Positions 45,472 through 52,668 of a DNA stretch of 52,668 bases are shown here, piece after piece. The notes under the pieces are model-generated. The model was not told the origin of the DNA. It made no database searches and saw only the letters and a program-made list of their open reading frames with translations. Source of the stretch: Saprospiraceae bacterium (GTDB lineage: Bacteria > Bacteroidota > Bacteroidia > Chitinophagales > Saprospiraceae); NCBI GenBank assembly GCA_043756725.1, contig JAYUQN010001025.1:1-52668 (forward strand). Reading direction: 5' to 3'. A program made the position numbers and the translations under genes. How positions within the stretch are numbered: position 1 is the stretch's first letter; every line of letters begins with the position of its first letter.

Positions 45472-45747
45472 CTATTTTTCTGTTTTATAACTCGAAACTT
45501 CTTTATGAAGTTCTTTTGATAAAGGTAACAGTTTTTTAAAACTGTTTGTGAAATCTTTTTTCAAATTTTTAATTTCCAATTCAGACAGGTGTTTCCATGC
45601 TTCTCTAAATTCATAATTTAGCTTGTCTTTTTGAACCTCATCTTCCGCCATGAGGTAGAGCATAAAAAAGGTTTGCAAACTTTTATTAGCGGTTATTTGA
45701 CAAACCAACTCATTTACCCTTGCATATTTATATAAATTAGGTTTCAT
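45472..45747 (-). CDS. Hypothetical 91-aa protein
   Basis: The ORF has an ATG start, does not overlap other ORFs and is K/E-rich and helical-looking. No recognisable motif was found. Confidence 0.45.
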   Translation of the reverse strand: MKPNLYKYARVNELVCQITANKSLQTFFMLYLMAEDEVQKDKLNYEFREAWKHLSELEIKNLKKDFTNSFKKLLPLSKELHKEVSSYKTEK

Positions 45748-45837
45748 TTTTTTACAAAAATAAACTTTTTAATTGACGTTGCCAACTTTTAATTGAAAAC
45801 TACCCCCCTCAGTATTTTCACCATTTTTAAGAGATAA

Positions 45838-46632
45838 TCATAAAGTGCTTAACAAACCACCATCAACTGGAATATTTACCCCATTCACATAAGCGGCTAA
45901 GTCAGAAGCTAAAAAAGTGGCAACATTAGCCATATCTTCGGGCTGACCAATATGCCCCACAGGAATTGTCGCAGCCATTTGTTTCACAACAGTATCTCTA
46001 TCCAAGTTTGCATTTTTCATCCGAATATCAATCAAAGATTCCAATCTTTCAGTGAAAATCAAGCCTGTTAATAGATTATTGACCGTAATACCATCTTTAC
46101 CCAATTCCATTGCCAATGATTTTGCCCAATTGACCATACCTGCCCGAATGGTGTTCGATATGCCCAAATCAATGCGGGGTTGTTTTGCCGTAGAGGAAGC
46201 AATGGTGATGATGCGCCCCCAATGTTGCACTTGCATAGCGGGTACAAAGGCTTGTACCAACATTTGACTTGCCATAATTGCGGCATTAAAATAGTCCAAA
46301 TACTGAGGGGGGGTTGCATTGTAAGCGGAATTTGGTACAGGTCCACCCGAGTTTAAAACGAGGATGGAAACGGGCATTTCAGCCGTATCTTTTACATATT
46401 GCGCTAAGGTGCGTTCCAGTTTTTTCAAATCTGTAAAATCTATGACTTTGAAATCGTGCTTTTGCCCTTTCGCTTTTGGCAGATTTTTCACAGCCGCTTT
46501 CAGTTTTTCACCATTACGCCCCGTTAAAGTGACGTTTGCGCCACATTCTGCCATTTTATGAGCAATAGCATAGCCAATACCTTGTGAACTGCCACCTATG
46601 AAGGCTCTTCGATTTTTTAATGAAATATTCAT
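45838..46632 (-). CDS. SDR-family oxidoreductase
   Basis: The 264-aa protein has the N-terminal cofactor motif IGGSSQGIGYAIA, plus NSGG and the catalytic region ASSTAK. The usual Y-x3-K is not obvious, so the subclass is unknown. Confidence 0.85.
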   Translation of the reverse strand: MNISLKNRRAFIGGSSQGIGYAIAHKMAECGANVTLTGRNGEKLKAAVKNLPKAKGQKHDFKVIDFTDLKKLERTLAQYVKDTAEMPVSILVLNSGGPVPNSAYNATPPQYLDYFNAAIMASQMLVQAFVPAMQVQHWGRIITIASSTAKQPRIDLGISNTIRAGMVNWAKSLAMELGKDGITVNNLLTGLIFTERLESLIDIRMKNANLDRDTVVKQMAATIPVGHIGQPEDMANVATFLASDLAAYVNGVNIPVDGGLLSTL

Positions 46633-46635
46633 TGG

Positions 46636-47958
46636 TTATGTTTCTTTTAATTTATTTTCAATTTCGTCCGTTATTTGATTTCCTATGGTATTGATGAAAT
46701 TAATTATTTCTTCATGTGAAAGTGTTTCAGAGTATTTTTTTTCAATTATAGGTGCCAAAATACATGTAGTGCTTTTTATCAAAAAGCCGTCATTCTTAAA
46801 TGAAACTTCAATTTCAATATAAATATGATCAGATTTTTTACTCAGATTTTTATATTCTGTCCAGAGTGAATTAAAACTCATTTTACTCAAATTAGCTAAA
46901 TAATTGTCTTTTTTTAAACCCTCAAGAGTTGCTTTTAAATCTATGCTTTTAAGAGGTGTTTCGATGCCACTAAAAAAGTATATTGATTTAGAACAATTAT
47001 CATAAAATTTATTGAAAATAGAAAATTTACTTTCAGCATATTCAAAAATAGGAGCTATACTATTAATTGTTACTAAATAGACCGTCTCATTAGATTTCAA
47101 CAAAACATTATTGCCGTTAGTTGCTTGATATTCAAGCAATTGCAAACGCTTCTCCCAATCCTCCAACTCAAATATACTTTCGCCTTTAGCCCCTTTGATA
47201 CAAATTTCAAAAGAACGAATCAAAAGATTACCCAGCATTTCATATAAAGGCACAGGATTTTCTTCATACTGTTGGGCATGAGAAATATATTTGCTATACA
47301 AATCCTTTTCTTCTGTCCGAATAATAATAGGTGGATAGCCATAAGAAATTAAAATCAAGTTCATCAAAATCCGTGCAGTTCGTCCATTACCATCTAAAAA
47401 AGGGTGAATAGTCAAGAAGCGAAGATGGTATTCAAAAGCAATTTCGGGAACAGTTTTCTTGGATTTATGCTTTTTAACAGCCATCAATTCATTATCAAGC
47501 CAATTGGTAAGACTGTTTGTGGCTTCAATTGTTTCTTCTTGTGGTGTAAAATCGAAGCGTTCGCCTTGATAATTGTAGATATAATTGTTGCAATTTTTGA
47601 AACGCCCCGGCATATCCGCTTCATCAAAAATAATGGCTTTATGGATTTCTTTGATGCGATTTTCCGTTATTCGTATTTCACCACGCCCGACTTTTTGGAT
47701 GTTTTTAATGATTTCATCATGCCCTCGCATTTCCATAACATCTCGTAGTGGCTTGCCTCTGACATCTAATTGTTCCATCATCACGCTGCGGGTTTCCTCA
47801 AAAGTCAAAGTGCCACCTTCCATTTTATTAGAATGATAATTCCATTCGAGCCTAAATTTATAGTTGATTTTTTGCAAACGGTCATTGGGGATAGGGTGGA
47901 AGCTATCCAATTCGAGTTTCAATCTTTCTATTTCTGTTAAAATGGTTGGCAAAGACAT
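46636..47958 (-). CDS. Fic-domain protein (probable AMPylase) with an N-terminal inhibitory motif and an uncharacterised 190-aa C-terminal extension
   Basis: The Fic motif is HPFLDGNGRTARILMNL. An upstream S-x3-E-G inhibitory-helix motif (HSNKMEGG) is present. The protein is 440 aa. Confidence 0.9.
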   Translation of the reverse strand: MSLPTILTEIERLKLELDSFHPIPNDRLQKINYKFRLEWNYHSNKMEGGTLTFEETRSVMMEQLDVRGKPLRDVMEMRGHDEIIKNIQKVGRGEIRITENRIKEIHKAIIFDEADMPGRFKNCNNYIYNYQGERFDFTPQEETIEATNSLTNWLDNELMAVKKHKSKKTVPEIAFEYHLRFLTIHPFLDGNGRTARILMNLILISYGYPPIIIRTEEKDLYSKYISHAQQYEENPVPLYEMLGNLLIRSFEICIKGAKGESIFELEDWEKRLQLLEYQATNGNNVLLKSNETVYLVTINSIAPIFEYAESKFSIFNKFYDNCSKSIYFFSGIETPLKSIDLKATLEGLKKDNYLANLSKMSFNSLWTEYKNLSKKSDHIYIEIEVSFKNDGFLIKSTTCILAPIIEKKYSETLSHEEIINFINTIGNQITDEIENKLKET

Positions 47959-47973
47959 GTTTTACTTTTTACG

Positions 47974-48348
47974 TCAAAGATAATCGCTCACTGCAAAACA
48001 AGTTACATTATCAGGCAGGTTTTCAAAATCTTTAAAAGAATTGGTGGTGTAAATCGCATCAATATGCGCCAAATCAAAGCCTTTGCTGAAAATACCGTGA
48101 CTGACTATCAACACTATTTTACCCGCATTATGGCGTTTCAACAAAGCCGACAAACCGACAAACGTACCCCCACCATCGTAAATATCATCTACAATAAAGC
48201 AGATTTTGCCTTCAAAATCACTTTCCATTGTCTTAAAATCCGATAAATTGCCCGTTTTTACATCCCGCATTTTCATACATTCAGCTACTCGTGGTTTCAA
48301 CAAAGGTGGTCTGAAATTGAACCTATTTTTAATGTAATAGGATGCGAT
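47974..48348 (-). pseudogene. 3-prime remnant of a type I phosphoribosyltransferase (Prs/PRTase-like)
   Basis: The PRPP-binding loop is KICFIVDDIYDGGGTF. Only about 110-125 codons are open: the frame runs to a stop at 48349..48351 with no ATG, and the tracked start is TTG at 48303. The N-terminal half of the fold is absent. Confidence 0.55.
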
Positions 48349-48455
48349 TTAAAGAATGAAACCAATCGTTTTGAAATTTATAATCCAAGAAAAATCTATG
48401 ATTATTTTGTAATTAATCAAAAAAGTTGATATATTTGACTATAAAAGTGAAAAAA

Positions 48456-48806
48456 ATGAACAATCCTGATTATATAGATGAAGCTATTAGCCAACTACGA
48501 ATAGAAAGACCTAAAAATCTGAAGATTAATATCGTAGTAGAAACAGATGAGGCTCGTGTAGCATCAATGAGGCAACAGTCGTATTTGAAAAAAAAGTATC
48601 GTCTTGCGCTTAAATTTTCTGCAATGATGGACATTCAAAAATATGCAGAAACACATCCAGAATGGGGTGCAAAGGATGTTTTGGTAGAAATTATGAAAAA
48701 CTATTATTCAGACTTTCCGCCTGTGATAGTGCTTGAAATGGCGGAGTATATTGTGACTGAATGGGAGAAAATACAATCTTCTAAAAAAGAATTGGCTTTG
48801 ACTTAA
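48456..48806 (+). CDS. Hypothetical 116-aa protein
   Basis: ATG at 48456 is preferred over the tracked TTG at 48426. No recognisable motif was found. Confidence 0.5.
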   Translation: MNNPDYIDEAISQLRIERPKNLKINIVVETDEARVASMRQQSYLKKKYRLALKFSAMMDIQKYAETHPEWGAKDVLVEIMKNYYSDFPPVIVLEMAEYIVTEWEKIQSSKKELALT

Positions 48807-49026
48807 AAATATACCCCTCAGTATTTTTGTAAAAAATCAACAGATAGAATATATATTTTCTTATTTTCTACGCATCGTTTTGAGCTAAGAGATTTGTTAA
48901 AAGAGTTTTATTGGGTTGAACGTGAAGATGTATTGCAAGTTTTGGCGTTTTCAGCAAATATTCTTAATGACCGTATTATTTTAATTGAAAAGCCGCTTGT
49001 GTATTGGTACACAAACGGCTTGTCTT
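48807..49026 (+). pseudogene. Possible start-less remnant of a DUF433-type antitoxin-like gene
   Basis: The frame is open with no ATG/GTG start. It reads ...LRDLLKEFYWVEREDVLQVLAFSANIL..., resembling the DUF433 C-terminal pattern IL.DYP.L..EDI.AAL.YAA. The assignment is from memory. Confidence 0.3.
48991..49020. terminator. Hairpin between convergent transcription units
   Basis: The arms are AGCCGCTTGTGTA and TACACAAACGGCT with one mismatch, around the loop TTGG. Confidence 0.45.
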
Positions 49027-49045
49027 AAAACTTTTTAGGTAGCAG

Positions 49046-49612
49046 TTATTTAATGATTTTTGCATCAACAGTACCGTCTTTAAAATGATATACCAAGTCT
49101 TTTCTTCCGCTTCTCGGCAAAGACTTAAAGGTTAAATCAAACTTTACAGCTACTCGAGTAGAATCAAGAAAAGTTAATTCCACATAATTTGATATTTTAG
49201 TAGTATCCAATACAAAATTCACTGAAGGTCCATCATGCTCTTTTAAACCATAATGTATAAGGCATTCATTGTCTAATCTTTCAAGCGAGGTTTTGAGTGT
49301 AAACTTAGAGTACTTATTCAATCTATTAGGAATTGTAAATGTAAAAATCTCAGTTATATAGTTGGTAGAGTCATCAAAAAATGTACCAGCAGTAACATCA
49401 ACTGCCTTAATATCAGCACGTAAATGTGCGCCCGATGAGGCAGTCCAAATCTTATTATTTAGTGTAGCACTTGCTTGACCGAATTTCATATTTCCGGGTC
49501 TAAAAATTCTCACATTATCAATCATTTCTGCTATTTCAGTTTCAACAACTGGCTTTTTGCAAGAAGCCACAAATAAGGATATAGAGATTAAAATAATGGT
49601 AAAGAATTTCAT
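49046..49612 (-). CDS. Lipoprotein of unknown function, translationally coupled to the metalloprotease gene
   Basis: The signal peptide plus lipobox-like sequence is MKFFTIILISISLFVASC. Its start overlaps the upstream stop (ATGA on the minus strand at 49612..49609). Confidence 0.7.
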   Translation of the reverse strand: MKFFTIILISISLFVASCKKPVVETEIAEMIDNVRIFRPGNMKFGQASATLNNKIWTASSGAHLRADIKAVDVTAGTFFDDSTNYITEIFTFTIPNRLNKYSKFTLKTSLERLDNECLIHYGLKEHDGPSVNFVLDTTKISNYVELTFLDSTRVAVKFDLTFKSLPRSGRKDLVYHFKDGTVDAKIIK

Positions 49613-51423
49613 AATTTTATAAGTTTTACAATGTTAAACTGTTGTTTATTTTGCAATTTCAGCATATAAAATCCAGTTGGAATATTTGATAAATCAATCT
49701 TAAAAGCATGAAATCCTTTGGTGAAAATTTCATTTTTAATATTTTTGACATTTCTGCCTTGAAAATCAACTATATCAATGGATGTATTTGAAAGCTCATC
49801 ATTGATGTCAAATTCAAGGTTATAATAGCCATTGCTTGGATTAGGGTATACGTTTACCGACGTATTTTGATTAGTTGAGCCTTGTGTTAGGTAATAATTA
49901 TTATCACAACTTGCATTGAATGGAGTAGAAACAACTTTTACAACACCATCATTTGATGTTACCCGTAGGTGGATCCAAAAATTCGATATCCCTGAATTAT
50001 AAAAGTAAATTGTCGAGCCAGTTCCTATTCTATTAGCAGGATTATCATCAAACATCGAGTTTAATGTCAAAAACCATTCATAAGTATACGGTGACTGGCC
50101 TGGCATACCAGGTGCTGCGGGGGACACACTTGCATTTAACTGAAGTACATTACAAGTTACCCCTGAATAAGAAATATAGGCATCCAATTCCGGTGAAGTC
50201 CTAAAATTTTGAACAATACAACCCGTATTGCGTATAGTTTTAGTATTATTGGCTTCTTGACCCGTAACATTACTACCAGTCACTGCATTATTATATGAAA
50301 TATCTGGATTTGAGAAATGAAGGATTGTTCTATCTATCTCGCTTTGATGACCAACAGCCATCATTGTTTTTCTTATGACGCCTGTACCATCTGTAAACCT
50401 AAATCCATGTCCACAACTTGGTTCATCATCATCGCCAATACCATCATTGGATCTATTATGCCTCGCACCTAATAAATGACCAATTTCATGTGGAAATGAC
50501 CAAAATCCCCCTAAAGAATGTTGAACTTCAACAATTGCATAAGATTTGGCATCCTCTAATTCTAAGGTTCCATATTGTCCAAAATAAGGAGACCCAAATA
50601 AATTATAGTTGTTATTTGTAATTGCCACAACCAAATCAGCTTTATATAAGTTTCTTAAATTCTGTGCTTGTGTATTATTTATTAGATCGTTTATAGCAAC
50701 CTCAATATTATGATTACTTGAAAATGGTGTGTTGAAATTCACAGCTCTTACTCTAATTTGTTTATTAGATATTCCGCTGTTTTGTAAAGCTAAATTCGTA
50801 AAAGCTTGTAAAAGTGGTATGTAAAGGACTTGTGACCAAAAATCCATATTTTCCGTTATCCAATTAGTTGCTTCGGGTGTAATTAATAAGAGAACATCAA
50901 TTGTGGCTGGGCAAAAAGTACCGTCAGATAATGTACATGGATTTTCAATAGTTTGCATTCTTTGTTGTAAGGCAAATCCATTAGTTTGAGGTGAAGGTTC
51001 TATTGGACATACGGCCTTTTCATATTTAGAAATGTCATGCTCTACCAAAAGACAGAAATTATTTTTTAGAGGCTGTAACAAAAAGAATTTATCATCATAT
51101 TGAATAGCTCCCATTATTCCTTCTGGTTTTACAGCAAGCAGCATATAGCCTGATTTGCCTATTAGCTCTCCTGACCAAATATAATCATCTTTGCCGAAAT
51201 ACTCGAATCTTTTTGATTTTACTGTAATATTTTCTCCAGCAAGTGATACGGTGAGTGCGTCTTTAACAAGTGATTCCTTTAGTTTTTTGACTTTAACAAC
51301 AGTAACGTTTTTTGTGTGTTTATTGCCTTTTACTGTTGTGATAATTTTTTTCTGATTTGCATTTAATTGAGCTTCCTCGGGTGAAGATTCAGAAAAAAAT
51401 TTGTTAGGATTTTGTGCAATCAA
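49609..51423 (-). CDS. Metzincin zinc metalloprotease with a T9SS type-A C-terminal sorting domain; the 5-prime end is out of frame with its ATG and signal peptide
   Basis: The zinc motif is HEIGHLLGARH (HExxHxxGxxH). The C-terminal VYPNPSNGYYNLEF...GFYMLKLQNKQQFNIVKLIKL is a T9SS CTD. The tracked start is TTG in the middle of a hydrophobic segment. The ATG at 51505 is in another frame, separated by a 7-bp repeat (see the finding at 51423..51505). Confidence 0.85.
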   Translation of the reverse strand: MIAQNPNKFFSESSPEEAQLNANQKKIITTVKGNKHTKNVTVVKVKKLKESLVKDALTVSLAGENITVKSKRFEYFGKDDYIWSGELIGKSGYMLLAVKPEGIMGAIQYDDKFFLLQPLKNNFCLLVEHDISKYEKAVCPIEPSPQTNGFALQQRMQTIENPCTLSDGTFCPATIDVLLLITPEATNWITENMDFWSQVLYIPLLQAFTNLALQNSGISNKQIRVRAVNFNTPFSSNHNIEVAINDLINNTQAQNLRNLYKADLVVAITNNNYNLFGSPYFGQYGTLELEDAKSYAIVEVQHSLGGFWSFPHEIGHLLGARHNRSNDGIGDDDEPSCGHGFRFTDGTGVIRKTMMAVGHQSEIDRTILHFSNPDISYNNAVTGSNVTGQEANNTKTIRNTGCIVQNFRTSPELDAYISYSGVTCNVLQLNASVSPAAPGMPGQSPYTYEWFLTLNSMFDDNPANRIGTGSTIYFYNSGISNFWIHLRVTSNDGVVKVVSTPFNASCDNNYYLTQGSTNQNTSVNVYPNPSNGYYNLEFDINDELSNTSIDIVDFQGRNVKNIKNEIFTKGFHAFKIDLSNIPTGFYMLKLQNKQQFNIVKLIKL

Positions 51424-51458
51424 GACAGTTTGAATTAATAAACATAAGACAATTAGTA

Positions 51459-51489
51459 CGTGATGCGTGATGCGTGATGCGTGATGCGT
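51459..51489 (-). repeat. Heptanucleotide tandem repeat (CGTGATG on plus strand, CGCATCA on the coding strand), 4 copies plus a partial copy
   Basis: The sequence acgtgatgcgtgatgcgtgatgcgtgatgcgta was read directly. It lies inside the 5-prime region of the metalloprotease gene. Confidence 0.95.
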
Positions 51490-51834
51490 AATAAAGTTGT
51501 TTCATTTTAAATTTTGATTTGATTAAAAAATAAATTTTAATAGGCAAATATAAGATTAATCATCGTATAAGTCAAATATTTTATACTTATTTTTATACTT
51601 GATTACAAAGCTTGTCCCCTCAGTATTAACATGAATTATACTAATTAAACCAAATTATTTATGATTTATTAGTAGTTAAATTAGTGTTGCAAGTCATTTG
51701 GCTCGTGTTAAAAAAGTGAAATACTGAAGGGTAGCCATTCATCAATCCAAAATAAGACAGTATAGGACAGTTATTTCAAAAAGAGGTTTTACCTTTGAGG
51801 GTGAAAAAAATCAATCAATTAAAAATATAAACGT

Positions 51835-52668
51835 ATGTCTATAAACAAAAACTACAAGCACGTAAGCTACCTCTGGGACGAGTCCAAAGCCGCATCAATG
51901 GCAGGCGATGAAGTCGCATTATTCATCTATCGCTCCAACTTATTAGGGGCAGATTTGCGCTTAACAAACTACGGCGGCGGCAATACCTCTGTCAAAATAA
52001 CCGACAAAGACCCTTTGACAGGCGAATCCATAGAAGTGATGTGGATAAAAGGCTCGGGTGGTGACATCGGCACTTTGAAAAAATCGGGTTGCGCTGCCTT
52101 GTACATGGAGCGTTTGTTGAACCTTGAAAACGTCTATCGGGGCATCGAACACGAGGACGAAATGGTCGAGCTTTTCAACCATTGCATCTTCGATTTGGCA
52201 TCTAAAGCACCGTCTATTGATACGCCTTTGCACGGCTTTTTACCTTTCACTCACATTGACCACTTGCACCCAGACGCAGCCATCGCCATTGCTGCCGCTA
52301 AAGACGGTGCTAAAATCACACACGACCTATTCAATGGTGAAATCGGTTGGGTAGAATGGCAACGCCCTGGCTTCGATTTGGGCTTAAAACTCCGCACTTG
52401 TTTGAACGATGCGGCTGCAAAAGGCATCAAATTGAAAGGTATTATGTTGGGTTCGCACGGACTTTTCACTTGGGGCGATTCAGCTTACGAAAGTTATATA
52501 AATACATTAGAGGTGATTGAAAAATGTGGACAATACCTTGAGGATAATTATGGTAAAAAACGCCCTGTTTTCGGAGGTCAAAAAACGGAAAGTCTTTCAC
52601 CCGATGAAAGGCTTAAAAAAGCCGCTAAAATTGCTCCGATACTGAGGGGGTATTGTTCTTCCTCTGAT
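51835..52668 (+). CDS. Bifunctional rhamnulose-1-phosphate aldolase / short-chain dehydrogenase, N-terminal part (runs off the right edge)
   Basis: It is absent from the ORF track because it has no stop in the window. ATG at 51835 opens 278 codons to the window end. The product reads MSINKNYKHVSYLWDESKAASMAGDEVALFIYRSNLLGADLRLTNYGGGNTSVKI...VMWIKGSGGDIGTLK..., matching the conserved N-terminus of this family as recalled. Confidence 0.8.
   Translation, partial: MSINKNYKHVSYLWDESKAASMAGDEVALFIYRSNLLGADLRLTNYGGGNTSVKITDKDPLTGESIEVMWIKGSGGDIGTLKKSGCAALYMERLLNLENVYRGIEHEDEMVELFNHCIFDLASKAPSIDTPLHGFLPFTHIDHLHPDAAIAIAAAKDGAKITHDLFNGEIGWVEWQRPGFDLGLKLRTCLNDAAAKGIKLKGIMLGSHGLFTWGDSAYESYINTLEVIEKCGQYLEDNYGKKRPVFGGQKTESLSPDERLKKAAKIAPILRGYCSSSD

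Noticed and set aside
51961-52469. Tracked ORFs 51961..52233 (-), 52124..52354 (+) and 52251..52469 (-)
   Set aside because: They are overlapped by the open aldolase/SDR frame starting at 51835, whose translation is clearly homologous to a known enzyme family.

Overview
The window looks Bacteroidota-like: it has T9SS C-terminal sorting domains, SprB/DUF11/LamG/FG-GAP surface-protein modules and A-rich start contexts. There are four blocks. (i) 1-8.2 kb is mostly minus-strand housekeeping: a partial APC permease, a dipeptide epimerase and S9 peptidase operon, an AAA-ATPase/PD-(D/E)XK protein, DUF1611 and a shortened GDPD gene. It also holds a small gene pair whose retropepsin-like member carries an in-frame TAG. 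(ii) 8.4-13.1 kb is a plasmid-type maintenance module: ParA plus a small partner protein, repeated octamers, a 22-bp-phased iteron array, a Rep_3-type initiator and a Toprim protein. (iii) 13.6-45.3 kb holds eight co-directional genes for secreted or giant repeat proteins (1610, 1046, 2853, 362, 724, 279, 204 and 2509 aa) and one reverse orphan gene. Long perfect palindromes lie between these genes. (iv) 45.4-52.7 kb holds an SDR, a Fic protein, two probable gene remnants, a T9SS metzincin plus lipoprotein operon, and a partial rhamnulose-1-phosphate aldolase/SDR. No integrase, transposase, tRNA, rRNA or CRISPR array was seen. The main hunt results are these. (a) The 10-mer CCCCTCAGTA occurs 28 times (about 0.1 expected by chance), in all reading frames and on both strands. 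(b) Three copies of that motif are split by the same 21-nt in-frame insert. (c) A heptanucleotide repeat in the signal-peptide region of the metzincin gene puts it out of frame, which looks like a slipped-strand ON/OFF switch. (d) Four of the secreted proteins end in the same C-terminal decapeptide, C-x4-G-x-(I/L)-x-(K/R/Q). (e) A family of nested GC-stem/TTTA-loop palindromes and a MITE-like pair flank the giant genes. All functional calls come from reading motifs by eye; no database search was run.
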